Source: an uncultured Verrucomicrobiae bacterium
Lineage (GTDB): Bacteria; Verrucomicrobiota; Verrucomicrobiia; Limisphaerales; Palsa-1400
Reading direction: 5' to 3'
NCBI GenBank assembly: GCA_963707025.1
Contig: CAVPOM010000006.1
Location: 544,001-608,000 of the forward strand
DNA length: 64,000 nt
The translations under genes were made by a program, and so were the position numbers. Below, one piece after another: positions 30,049 to 39,389 of this stretch. The notes below the pieces were generated by a model that made no database searches, was not told the origin of the DNA, and worked only from the letters and a program-made list of their open reading frames with translations. Position 1 is the stretch's first letter. Every line of letters starts with the position of its first letter.

Positions 30049-30416
30049 ACATCGGACAACGGATTTTGATTTTGCTGATTCGCGGTTATCAGGCGGTCCT
30101 TTCGCCGGCCCTGGCGGTTTTTTTCGGCCCGGCGGCGCGGTGCCGTTACACGCCCTCCTGCTCGCACTACGCCCGCGAGGCGATCAGCCGGCACGGCGTC
30201 CTGGCGGGTGGGGTGTTGGCAGCCAGGAGACTTTGCCGCTGCCACCCGTGGGGAGCGTCGGGCGATGATCCCGTGCCGTCTTCCCCTCTTAATCTTAATC
30301 CTAATCCTAATCTTAATCTCCGTACAACTGCACCAGGATTGGGATTAAGAGGATTAAGATTAAGATTAAGATTAGGATTAAGAGCGAACCCAAATCACCC
30401 CGGGCATGGACCGTAA
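30045..30416 (+). CDS. yidD: membrane protein insertion efficiency factor YidD with repeat-derived tail
   Basis: [32 protein letters not shown]. Confidence 0.93.
   Translation: MNIGQRILILLIRGYQAVLSPALAVFFGPAARCRYTPSCSHYAREAISRHGVLAGGVLAARRLCRCHPWGASGDDPVPSSPLNLNPNPNLNLRTTAPGLGLRGLRLRLRLGLRANPNHPGHGP
30286..30384. repeat. inverted hexamer microsatellite (TAATCY)n...(RGATTA)n inside yidD
   Basis: CTCTTAATCTTAATCCTAATCC... paired with ...GATTAAGATTAGGATTAAGAG. Confidence 0.85.
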
Positions 30417-32607
30417 ATCACTTCTCATTTTAGTCGTCGCGGTGGCGGTGTTGTTCATGCTCTCGGGGCTGATCAATCATTTATTTCCGCCCCTCCAGGT
30501 GCCGGTCACGCCACTGGCCGCCTGGACAAATCAAACTGCCAATCCGCAAATGGCGCAGGGCGCCGGCACCAACCTCCCGGTTCCAACTCCGGGAGCGGCC
30601 GCAAACCCGCTGCCCGCCGCCGTCTCCAATCCTTCGCTGCCCGAGGTAACGCTGGCCGTTTCCAATCAGGATTTGATCTTTCATTTCACCTCGCGCGGCG
30701 GCGGGTTGAAGGAAATTGCCTTGCGCAATACCAATTATCCGGCGGTGGTCCACAGCCGGCTGCCGGCGCAGGATGAACGCAATTTTGCCACTTTGAATTC
30801 CGGACTCGCGAGTTTTTCCGCGGATGACATCACCGATTTGGGAAGGCTCATGGAGCGATTAAGGCGGCAGTCCGATCCAGTCTCCTCTTTTGTGTGGCAG
30901 AGATTGTCACCTCAGGAGCAATCATTTCTGATGAGCTATCAGCCTTCGGCGCCAACTGCGGCGCAAGCTCCCAGTATGGTGGCTCAAGGTCTTAACAGAA
31001 TAATGGCGGAACCATGCATTTACGAAGTCGAACTGTTTAAAGGGATCCCATTGCGATCTGAAACCAAGGCCCTGATGCAGCAAAATCCGGCCGGCCCCAA
31101 GTTGGCCCACCTCAACCGCCTGCTCCTCGAAGACGCTTTTTCAGTGGAATTGTCCAGGAACCTGAACTCAAGCGCCCCGGTTCCAATTCTGGCCATGCTC
31201 GGTGATAATGCCCTGGGCGACGATAACTTCACCCTCAGCCAGCCATCCAACAACCTCGTTCGCGCCGAGAAGACGCTGACCAATGGCCTGCGGGTGGTGA
31301 AGGAATTTGCGGTGGGCTACTCGGGCACCAATTATCTGTTCACCGCCAACATCCGGCTGGAAAACAATTCTTCGTCCACGTTGCAAATCCCGCGGCGCGA
31401 GGTGGTGGTGGGCACGGCCACGGCCATCGGGCCGCTGGACGATGTGACGACCCTGGGCGCCATGTGGTACAACGGCGACAAATCAACCGACATCGGAGCC
31501 GGCTGGTTTGCCAACGGGATGCTGGGCTGCGTCGAGGGAAAAACGCCCCCGACGATTTATGAAGGCGGCGCCAGCAACGTTGTCTGGGCCGCCATGCACA
31601 GCCAATACTTCGCCCTGGCCGCCATCCCCTCCCGGCCTGCTCCCGGCATTGTCATTCGCAACCCCAGCCTCTCGCCCCCTGACACCAACGGTATGGCCGG
31701 CGGCCAGCGGCTCACGATTACCAACGATTACAAAGGCTACCAAGCCTCTTTGGTTTATCCCGCCACACACCTGGACCCGCACCAGTCGCTGACCAATACT
31801 TTTACCTTTTACGCGGGGCCCAAGGAATACAACGGCCTGGCCAAAATTGGCCATTTCATGGGAAACAACCTGGATCTGGTCATGGGCTTCACCAGCTTTC
31901 TGGGTTTGTTTTCATTCTGCTCCAAGTTCCTGCTCATTTGGATGAACGGCCTCCATGATCTGGGGCTGACCTACGGTCTGGCCATCATCGCCATCACGGT
32001 GATTATCAAATTGGTTTTCTGGCCCTTGACCGCGGCCAGCACCCGCTCGCAAAAGCGGCAGCAGGCCATCGCGCCGCAACTCAAGGCCATCGCGGAAAAA
32101 TACAAGGAGGATCCGCTCAAGAAGCACCAGAAGACGACCGAACTGCTCAAAGAGCACAAGATCAATCCGCTGGGCAGTTGCCTGCCGGTGCTCATTACCA
32201 TCCCGGTGTTCTTCGGATTTTATTCCATGCTGCGCAACGCCATTGAACTGCGCGGCGTCCCCTTTCTCTGGGCGCCGGATCTGACCCGGCCCGACACGGT
32301 TTTCATCATCCACGCCTTCCACAACTTTCCCATCAACCCGCTGCCGCTGCTGATGGGCGCCAGCCAGCTTTGGCAGTCGCATTTGACGCCGCCCTCGCCC
32401 GGCATGGATCCGGGCCAGCAGAAAATCATGCGCTGGATGCCGTTGCTCTTCGTCGGCATTTTTTACAGCATGTCCTCCGGTTTGAACCTCTATTACACGG
32501 TGTCAAACCTGTTGACCATTGCCCAAACCAAGATCACGAAAATGGGCCCCGATCCCGCCGCCAGCCCGGCCAAACTCCCGGCCCCGGCGCCCCAGAAAAA
32601 GAAGTAG
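30406..32607 (+). CDS. yidC: membrane protein insertase YidC with ~123-aa insertion
   Basis: [28 protein letters not shown]...[32 protein letters not shown]. Confidence 0.95.
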   Translation: MDRKSLLILVVAVAVLFMLSGLINHLFPPLQVPVTPLAAWTNQTANPQMAQGAGTNLPVPTPGAAANPLPAAVSNPSLPEVTLAVSNQDLIFHFTSRGGGLKEIALRNTNYPAVVHSRLPAQDERNFATLNSGLASFSADDITDLGRLMERLRRQSDPVSSFVWQRLSPQEQSFLMSYQPSAPTAAQAPSMVAQGLNRIMAEPCIYEVELFKGIPLRSETKALMQQNPAGPKLAHLNRLLLEDAFSVELSRNLNSSAPVPILAMLGDNALGDDNFTLSQPSNNLVRAEKTLTNGLRVVKEFAVGYSGTNYLFTANIRLENNSSSTLQIPRREVVVGTATAIGPLDDVTTLGAMWYNGDKSTDIGAGWFANGMLGCVEGKTPPTIYEGGASNVVWAAMHSQYFALAAIPSRPAPGIVIRNPSLSPPDTNGMAGGQRLTITNDYKGYQASLVYPATHLDPHQSLTNTFTFYAGPKEYNGLAKIGHFMGNNLDLVMGFTSFLGLFSFCSKFLLIWMNGLHDLGLTYGLAIIAITVIIKLVFWPLTAASTRSQKRQQAIAPQLKAIAEKYKEDPLKKHQKTTELLKEHKINPLGSCLPVLITIPVFFGFYSMLRNAIELRGVPFLWAPDLTRPDTVFIIHAFHNFPINPLPLLMGASQLWQSHLTPPSPGMDPGQQKIMRWMPLLFVGIFYSMSSGLNLYYTVSNLLTIAQTKITKMGPDPAASPAKLPAPAPQKKK

Positions 32608-32679
32608 CCAAACCGGGCGGCTCATTTATACTGTGCCCGGTGCCGACTTATTGAACGATCTGAACGCATTGCACGACCT

Positions 32680-33129
32680 ATGGCCGCCCAACCCAAAGAA
32701 ACGCTCACCCAACTCCTCAAACTCCTCGGTTTCGAGGCCACGGTGGAGGAGCATCCTCTGGACGACGGCCTCTTTCTCGATGTCAAAACCGACGATTCCG
32801 GCCGCTTGATTGGCCGGCAGGGCCAGACCCTTTCCGACCTGCAATACTTGACCAACCGCCTGCTCTTCCATCAGGACCAGACGGTGCCCAAGGTCATGCT
32901 GGACGTGGGCGACTACCGGGCCAAAGCCCGCGACACGCTGGTGCAAAAGGCCCTGGCCGCCGCCGAGAAAGTCCGGCGCTGGGGCGACGTGGTGGAATTG
33001 GAGCCGATGAGCGCCTTTGACCGGCGCATTATTTACAGCGCGTTGAAGGAAAGCCCCGGCATCGAAGCCGCCAGCGTCGAGGTCGAAGGCACCAACAAAA
33101 AGGCCATCCTCCTCCGCCCCAAACATTAG
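32680..33129 (+). CDS. jag: Jag/KhpB-like KH-R3H RNA-binding protein
   Basis: LIGRQGQTL.DLQYL, LEPMSAFDRRII; follows yidC. Confidence 0.85.
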   Translation: MAAQPKETLTQLLKLLGFEATVEEHPLDDGLFLDVKTDDSGRLIGRQGQTLSDLQYLTNRLLFHQDQTVPKVMLDVGDYRAKARDTLVQKALAAAEKVRRWGDVVELEPMSAFDRRIIYSALKESPGIEAASVEVEGTNKKAILLRPKH

Positions 33130-34082
33130 TCGGTCCTGCGATATTTGGGCAATTTGTCCGCGTCCGGCGCGACCTGTTTCAGGTTGGGCGTGATGTCGGC
33201 GTTGACCTTGTGGACCGTCCAGTTGATGCCGCCGAGGAGAATTTGCTGAAATACCGGGTTCTTCCAGATATCATCGCGATGCCCCATGCTGGTGTAAAAC
33301 ACGCGCCCCTTGCCGTAAAGATGCGCCCAAGTGGCCGGATAGTTCGGCCGGTCGTAGCAGTAGTCCCCGCCTGTCTTCTTGCTCATGGAGGCTGTGTCCT
33401 GCACCAGGAGCACATGCAAATCCGGCGCAAAATTCTTCAACGTGTACCATTCCTCGTTCGGGCCAAAATCGGCCGGGACGGCCTGCATTCCCGGAAACTT
33501 GGGGTCCTCGGCAATCATGCGGGCTTTTTGCTGGCTGGCGTGGATGATGAACTCCCCGCCGATCATCGCGATGTACGGATCCACGTTGGTGCCGTCGTTC
33601 TGAAAGCGCGCCGCGCCGCCATCCCGGTTGCCCGGCGAGTGGAACGTGTCCGTGGCGCTATGGATGCCGACAAATCCCTTGCCCTGGCGGATGGCCGCCA
33701 GGAAGGCCTCTTTGCCCTCGCGCGTCATCGGCGGTTGGTGATCGGTGCCGCTGGTGGTCAAATCGCCCGTCGTATAAAAGACGAACCCATCATATTGGGC
33801 GATGTTCTCCGCCGTCATCAGCCGCCCGTCCTTGGTGAAGTCGAAATCCAGGTTGTTGGTCTCGCCCATCTTTTTGAGCGTCTCTTCCCCCAGACTCAAG
33901 TTGGTCCCCGTCCGCTTTATGGCGTCGTGCTCATAGTTGGACGACTTTGTGAAAACCAGAATCTTCTTGGGGCGCTTCGGCTGCGCCGAGGCGCAACCTG
34001 TCCAAGTCAGCGCGGCGGCCAGGCCGGCCAGCGCCAGGGTGAAAATGCTCATAATGGGAAGGCTGCTTTGGCGTAGATTCAT
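33126..34082 (-). CDS. exported ThuA-like domain protein
   Basis: ILVFTKS..YEH, GKGFVGIHSATD, GGEF..H, EEWY, GKGRVFYTSMGH. Confidence 0.88.
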   Translation of the reverse strand: MNLRQSSLPIMSIFTLALAGLAAALTWTGCASAQPKRPKKILVFTKSSNYEHDAIKRTGTNLSLGEETLKKMGETNNLDFDFTKDGRLMTAENIAQYDGFVFYTTGDLTTSGTDHQPPMTREGKEAFLAAIRQGKGFVGIHSATDTFHSPGNRDGGAARFQNDGTNVDPYIAMIGGEFIIHASQQKARMIAEDPKFPGMQAVPADFGPNEEWYTLKNFAPDLHVLLVQDTASMSKKTGGDYCYDRPNYPATWAHLYGKGRVFYTSMGHRDDIWKNPVFQQILLGGINWTVHKVNADITPNLKQVAPDADKLPKYRRTD

Positions 34083-34338
34083 GCGGCCATTCTCTACCAA
34101 AGATTCCCGCCGTCAATCTCCTTCTGGCCAGCGCCCCAGGGCGGGGGCATTTGGGTTTCTGGGTGCGAGACAAACTCCATCCTTGAAAGCCGTCGTGCAG
34201 GGAGAATCAGGGCATTTAGTACATAGGCTTCGCCTACACAGCCGCGTCGTGCGGCTTTCTCCTGAAGGCACGAACAAGCACGGGAGGAAAACGTTAGGAT
34301 GTGGCGAACCCAAAACCCAGGTTACTGGAAAAGTCCGA

Positions 34339-34489
34339 CCTCACCCCGGCCCTCTCTCCTCCCGGAGAGGGTGAAACATCGGCCGTCCTGGCCAAAGGCC
34401 AGCGCCGGGAATTGCCGGACTCGCCTGTGCGCAAGCCGAGCCGGGCGATGTCGGTTCCTTCTCCCAGGGGGAGAAGGTCAGGATGAGGG
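34339..34489. repeat. third locus of the CCTCACCC...GGAGAGGG doublet family
   Basis: CCTCACCCCGGCCCTCTCTCC...GGAGAGGG and inverted CCTTCTCCCAGGGGGAGAAGGTCAGGATGAGGG. Confidence 0.7.
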
Positions 34490-34580
34490 CGAGCCACCAA
34501 GAATTTTGTCTCACACCTCGGTTTCTCTCTCCGGCAGCTTGGGGCTGGACGCCGGGGGAATTATCCCCTAGGCTGGGAGC

Positions 34581-34856
34581 ATGGCGAAAGTCAAAGGCGC
34601 GGAGAGCGCCGGTGAGGACATGCAGAAACTGCCGTTTGAAGAGGCGCTGAAAAGGCTCGAAGTGATTGTCGAGGCGATGGAGGCGCAGGATCTGCCCTTG
34701 GAATCGCTCCTGGCGCGCTATCAGGAAGGCACGGCGCTGGCCCAGCTCTGCCAGGCCAGATTGAACGAGGCAGAGTTGAAAATTCAGCAGTTGGAAAAAA
34801 GCGGCAAGGGGGAATTGACCCTCAAACCAGCCGCCAACCCGGAGGTGCAATCATGA
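34581..34856 (+). CDS. xseB: exodeoxyribonuclease VII small subunit
   Basis: FEEALKRLE.IVEAME..DLPLE..L..YQEG; upstream of dxs. Confidence 0.92.
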   Translation: MAKVKGAESAGEDMQKLPFEEALKRLEVIVEAMEAQDLPLESLLARYQEGTALAQLCQARLNEAELKIQQLEKSGKGELTLKPAANPEVQS

Positions 34857-36838
34857 GCCGTTATCTGGATATGGTGGATGACCCTTCCCATGTGAAGAAA
34901 CTCACCTTCGATCAGTTGCAGCAGTTGGCCGAGGAAATCCGCCACGAGTTGATCACCAAACTGGCCGTCCACGGCGGGCATGTCGGGCCGAACCTGGGGG
35001 TGGTGGAGTTGACCCTCGCCCTGCACACCGTCTTCTCCACCCCGCAAGACAAATTGGTCTGGGATGTGAGCCACCAAAGTTATGTCCACAAGTTGCTGAC
35101 CGGGCGGAAGAACCGCTTTCATACCATCCGCACGACCAACGGCCTGAACGGCTTTGCCCTGCGCACGGAAAGCCCCCACGATTGTTACGGGGCGGGCCAC
35201 GCCGGCACGGCCTTGTCCGCCGCCCTGGGCATGTGCGCGGCGCGCGATCAACGCGGCACGGATGAAAACGTGGTCTGCATTTTTGGGGACGCGGCCCTGA
35301 CCAACGGCATCTCCTATGAAGCGCTCAATAACATCGCCCACACCACCAAACGCTTCATCGGCATCCTCAACGACAACGAATGGAGCATCGCCAAAAACGT
35401 GGGCGCCATTTCCACCTATCTCAACAAGCTCATCACCAATCCGCGTTACAACCAGTTGCAAAAGGACCTGGAGCGGTTGATGAAACGCATGCCCAAAGGG
35501 GAGCTGGCCATCAAGCTCGGCCACAAAGCGGAGGAAATGATCAAAGGCGCCGTGGCCGAGGCCGCTTTGCGCCAGAATACACCGAACCCGGGCAGCGACG
35601 GGCGCGGCGGACACGGCAGCAGCTTGATTTTCGAGGAACTGGGCCTGCGCTACCTGGGACCCATTGACGGGCACAACCTGCCCATGCTCTTAAGCTCGCT
35701 GGAGTTCGCCAAACATTGCAGCGTGCCGGTGGTGCTCCACGTCCTGACCACCAAGGGCAAAGGTTACGAGGCGGCGCTGAAGTTTCCGGAGAAATTTCAC
35801 GGCCTGGGCCCGTATGACCCGCTGACAGGCGCAACCCCCTCTTCCCAACCGGGTGCGCCTCCCGCCTATCAGGAGATTTTCGGCCAAACCATGATCAAGC
35901 TTTGCCAGAAGGACAACTCGGTCGTGGGCATCACAGCGGCCATGCCCACCGGCACCGGTCTGAAGGCGCTGGAAAGAGCCATGCCGGAACGCTATTATGA
36001 CGTCGGCATCGCCGAGGAACATGCGGTGCTGTTCGCGGCCGGCATGGCCACGATGGGCTTTCACCCCGTCTGCGCCATTTACTCCACCTTTCTCCAGCGC
36101 GCCTACGACTGCATCATCCACGACGTGGCCTTGCAGGATTTGCCCGTGATCTTCTGCATGGACCGGGCGGGCCTCTCCGCCAACGACGGGCCTACCCACC
36201 ACGGGTTGTTCGACATCGCCTATTTGCGCTGCGTGCCCAACCTCATCGCCATGGCCCCCAAGGATGAAGACGAACTGGCCGACATGATGTTCACCGCCAC
36301 CCACCAGAAACATCCCGCCTTCATCCGCTATCCGCGCGGCCCCGGCGAAGGGGTCGTGGTCAAGGAGCAGCCCAAAATCCTGGAAATCGGCAAGGCGGAA
36401 GTCACCCGGAACTTTTCGGGCAAGCCCGGGCCAAAAGCGGCCTTGTTCGGGCTGGGCAACCTCCATTCCCTGGCCTTGCAGACGGCGGACCAACTCTCGG
36501 CGGAAGGCTGGGACTGCGCCGTGATCAACCCGCGCTTCACCAAGCCGCTGGATGCCGGCGTGACGGAGTTTTTCGGGCGGGCGGCGGAAGTGGTGCTGAC
36601 CTTTGAAGACCATGTTTTGTCGGGCGGCTACGGCTCCAGCGTGATGGAATTGTTCAACGAAAAACGGATCACCACCCCCTTGGTTTGCATCGGCTGGCCG
36701 GACCAGTTCATCGAGCACGCCAGTTCGGTGGATTACCTCCGCGAAAAACACGGCCTGACCGCGGCCAGCGCCGTGGCCCAGGTCAGGGAGCTGTTCGCCA
36801 AACCCGGGCAAGCCATCCCGCGCGCCGTGCAAATCTGA
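34853..36838 (+). CDS. dxs: 1-deoxy-D-xylulose-5-phosphate synthase
   Basis: GGHVGPNLGVVEL, WDVSHQSY.HK, GDAAL..G..YEALN, DVGIAEEHA, YSTFLQRAYD, DGPTHHG, IRYPRG. Confidence 0.97.
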   Translation: MSRYLDMVDDPSHVKKLTFDQLQQLAEEIRHELITKLAVHGGHVGPNLGVVELTLALHTVFSTPQDKLVWDVSHQSYVHKLLTGRKNRFHTIRTTNGLNGFALRTESPHDCYGAGHAGTALSAALGMCAARDQRGTDENVVCIFGDAALTNGISYEALNNIAHTTKRFIGILNDNEWSIAKNVGAISTYLNKLITNPRYNQLQKDLERLMKRMPKGELAIKLGHKAEEMIKGAVAEAALRQNTPNPGSDGRGGHGSSLIFEELGLRYLGPIDGHNLPMLLSSLEFAKHCSVPVVLHVLTTKGKGYEAALKFPEKFHGLGPYDPLTGATPSSQPGAPPAYQEIFGQTMIKLCQKDNSVVGITAAMPTGTGLKALERAMPERYYDVGIAEEHAVLFAAGMATMGFHPVCAIYSTFLQRAYDCIIHDVALQDLPVIFCMDRAGLSANDGPTHHGLFDIAYLRCVPNLIAMAPKDEDELADMMFTATHQKHPAFIRYPRGPGEGVVVKEQPKILEIGKAEVTRNFSGKPGPKAALFGLGNLHSLALQTADQLSAEGWDCAVINPRFTKPLDAGVTEFFGRAAEVVLTFEDHVLSGGYGSSVMELFNEKRITTPLVCIGWPDQFIEHASSVDYLREKHGLTAASAVAQVRELFAKPGQAIPRAVQI

Positions 36839-36932
36839 TGGCCCGCAGCGGCGGACAATGACCGCCGCAAAGCAAAAAGCGGTTCCTCTGAACAGGAGGG
36901 CGCAGAGCAAACGGAGCACAAGGGCCAATTAC

Positions 36933-37064
36933 TTACGGCTCTACGACTTCCAAGCGGCGAATATGCCGGAATTCCGTGGCGTTTAATGTAGCCAAGGCCC
37001 AGCGCCGATTGAAACGATTCCGTTCGTCAGCGATCAGCAGCGAACTGTCGAGAATCAGCCCCAC
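36933..37064 (-). pseudogene. internally deleted VapC/PIN toxin
   Basis: 43 aa: PIN N-terminus MGLILDSSLLIADER joined directly to PIN-like C-terminus ALATLNATEFRHIRRLEVVEP. Confidence 0.65.
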
Positions 37065-37183
37065 GGATTCTTGAGGGGTTTGAGAGCTTTGCGGCCTTTG
37101 CGGACGGCGGCGGCGAGATCACGCCTGTCCTGCATGCTGAGTCCGGCGTCGGCCAGGTCAGCGGCAAATTCATGACTGTTGCA
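37055..37183 (-). pseudogene. C-terminal remnant of a putative VapB-type antitoxin
   Basis: ...HEFAADLADAGLSMQDRRDLAAAVRKGRKALKPLKNPWG-stop overlapping the vapC start; no start codon. Confidence 0.45.
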
Positions 37184-37184
37184 C

Positions 37185-37361
37185 TTAGTCGCCGAGACGA
37201 ATTCGATAAGCGTGTTGCGACCCGCTCAATTTTTCCACGCCATGAGGAAAAGGGTTTTCCGCCAGATTTTCAACGGTCTGGACAATCCGCTCCTCGGCGC
37301 TTGCGGGCAATTTGCGGAGGTCCTTGCGCGTGGATTTCTTCCACTCAATGCGAAAGGGCAT
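37185..37361 (-). pseudogene. truncated RelE/ParE family toxin
   Basis: MPFRIEWKKSTRKDLRKLP...LAENPFPHGVEKLSGSQHAYRIRLGD-stop, ending where YRxxY normally follows. Confidence 0.8.
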
Positions 37362-37536
37362 GGCGTTTCAGCCCTTTCTTGAACTCGGCGTGAGGAATGG
37401 TTTCTTCCCCACGCCGTTCCGCAATGACGGCCAGGTCGTCCAAGTCTTCCAACAGCTTTTCGTAATCGTCAATGTCCAGAACAACGGCGGTTTTCCGCCC
37501 CTTTTCATTGGTCAGAAATTGAACTGTTGCGCTCAT
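37345..37536 (-). CDS. antitoxin cognate to the RelE fragment
   Basis: VQFLTNEKGRKTAVVLDIDDYEKLLEDLDDL; overlaps toxin start. Confidence 0.75.
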   Translation of the reverse strand: MSATVQFLTNEKGRKTAVVLDIDDYEKLLEDLDDLAVIAERRGEETIPHAEFKKGLKRHALSH

Positions 37537-37602
37537 GTTGGTACATTAGCTTCCGGGCGTGTTAAATTCAAATGCAATCGGTCAAAGGGAGCGAGAGGGA
37601 AT

Positions 37603-38016
37603 TCAATACTCCTCGCTCATCTGCTGGCCGCCGTGCTCGGGGTTGGGGATGAGCTTGCGGTGCTTGGAGTCCACCACAAAATCCAGATATTCCAGGGGAA
37701 TCTGTCCGAGCAGGTTGGGCACATTCTCACCGACGCCCACCACGTCGAAGTTCCCGTAACGACCCTGCACCTCCAGCCGAACCGGTTCATAAACCGCGCG
37801 CTTCGCCGGCCCATTGCTGGTTTGGAAAATCATGGTGTCCAACTTTTCCAAACCGAGAGCACGGATGACGCTGGGTTTGAGATAGAGGCGGGTGGCGCCG
37901 GTGTCCACCAACGCTTCGACTTCCACCTCGCGGGGTTTCGCCGTGGAAAGCTTGCGATGCCGCGCACCCAAGTCGAACAGGTTGGTCAGCTTGATCTTGA
38001 TGGTGACTTTTCCCAT
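37603..38016 (-). CDS. clan AA (retropepsin-like) aspartic protease
   Basis: ALVDTGAT and LLGQIPLE motifs. Confidence 0.85.
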   Translation of the reverse strand: MGKVTIKIKLTNLFDLGARHRKLSTAKPREVEVEALVDTGATRLYLKPSVIRALGLEKLDTMIFQTSNGPAKRAVYEPVRLEVQGRYGNFDVVGVGENVPNLLGQIPLEYLDFVVDSKHRKLIPNPEHGGQQMSEEY

Positions 38017-38104
38017 GAGCCCATGGTACCCGATCTCCGCAGGCGGCGCAAGCTCACAAGGGAGGCTCGGACACATTGAAATGACCCATTCCAGGCTTTT
38101 TTGA

Positions 38105-39382
38105 TTGTTTCCCCGGCGTGCCCGCGTACGATTGCAAAAACGGGTTGCTCCAGCTTGTTTTCACAGCGGCCCAATACCAGATTTACAATTGTCGCCCGGC
38201 GCCACACTCAGATTGACGATTGTCAACATCGCCTTTGGCGGCGAAGGGGTGGGAAGGGTGGATGATTTTGTGGTGTTCGTGCCCTTTGTCGCCCAGGGGG
38301 AAGTGGTGGAGGTGGAGTTGACGGAGGTGAAGAAACGGTTTGCCCGCGCCCGCCTGCTCCAGGTGCTCCAACCCTCCCCGGAGCGGGTCGCGCCCGCCTG
38401 CCGCTACTTCGGCCAATGCGGCGGCTGCCAGTACCAGCATCTGGCTTATCCGGCCCAATTGCGGATCAAGCACAAGCAGATTTCCGATTTGTTCCAGCGC
38501 CTCGGCGGCTTTGCCGGCGCCCTGATTGATCCGGTGACGCCCTGCCCGCAACCCTACGGCTACCGCAACCGCCTCATGATCCGCAGCCAATGGGACAAAT
38601 TCAAACAGGGGCTGAATCTCGGCTTCATCCGGGCGCAAAACCGGCTGGTGGTGGACATCGAGGAATGCAAAATTGCCGAGCCGGTCCTCAACGCGCAAAT
38701 CCAGGAGGTCCGCCGCCATCCTCCGCCCAAAGGCGGCCTGAAGGTGGTGCTGCGCGTGGCGCCGGAAGGCTGGGCCGTGCCGCGCGACTCCTTTTTTCAA
38801 ACCAATTTCCATCTCCTGCCCCGGTTGGTGGCCACGGTGCGGGAGAGATTGCGCGCCGCCGGCACGCGGTTTCTAATTGACGCCTATTGCGGGGTCGGTT
38901 TTTTCAGCGTGGAACTTTCCGCTCTGGTCGAGCGCTTTGCCGGGGTGGAAGTGGACACGGCCGCGATCAAGGCGGCCCGGCAAAATGCGCTGGCCCGCGG
39001 CGCAGCCAATGGCGAGTTCCTCGCTGGCCGGGCGGAGAAGCTGTTGGCGCGGATGCTGGCGCGATTTGCCCCCGCGGCCACCACCCTGCTGCTGGATCCG
39101 CCGCGCACCGGCTGTCCGCCGGAGATGCTGCCCTTGCTGGCCCAGGCGCCCCCCGCCCAGATCCTTTATGTTTCCTGCCATCCCGCCACTCTGGCGCGGG
39201 ACTTGAACGTTTTGTGCGCCCGCGGTGTCTTTGAATTATCGAAAATCATCCCGTTGGATATGTTTCCACAGACCCAACATGTGGAATGCGTGGCGGACGT
39301 GCGGAGAAAAGCCGTTCCGCCCGGCCCCCCTATAACCCAGAAAGTATCCTTGCCAACAGACGGTCGGTCGCCCCAAACTTGA
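38105..39382 (+). CDS. rlmD: TRAM-domain RNA (uracil-5)-methyltransferase, RlmD family (start uncertain)
   Basis: IAFGGEGVGR, CRYFGQCGGCQYQH, SFFQTN, DAYCGVG, DPPRTG, YVSC.PATLARD, DMFPQTQHVE. Confidence 0.88.
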   Translation: MFPRRARVRLQKRVAPACFHSGPIPDLQLSPGATLRLTIVNIAFGGEGVGRVDDFVVFVPFVAQGEVVEVELTEVKKRFARARLLQVLQPSPERVAPACRYFGQCGGCQYQHLAYPAQLRIKHKQISDLFQRLGGFAGALIDPVTPCPQPYGYRNRLMIRSQWDKFKQGLNLGFIRAQNRLVVDIEECKIAEPVLNAQIQEVRRHPPPKGGLKVVLRVAPEGWAVPRDSFFQTNFHLLPRLVATVRERLRAAGTRFLIDAYCGVGFFSVELSALVERFAGVEVDTAAIKAARQNALARGAANGEFLAGRAEKLLARMLARFAPAATTLLLDPPRTGCPPEMLPLLAQAPPAQILYVSCHPATLARDLNVLCARGVFELSKIIPLDMFPQTQHVECVADVRRKAVPPGPPITQKVSLPTDGRSPQT

Positions 39383-39389
39383 GCCATCC

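Noticed and set aside
30799..31170. YidC/MgtA insert as an intein (the YidC copy can be read Ser...Asn|Ser)
   Set aside because: No HINT motifs (no TxxH, no His-Asn end), helical-looking sequence, and the MgtA copy ends in Arg-Arg.
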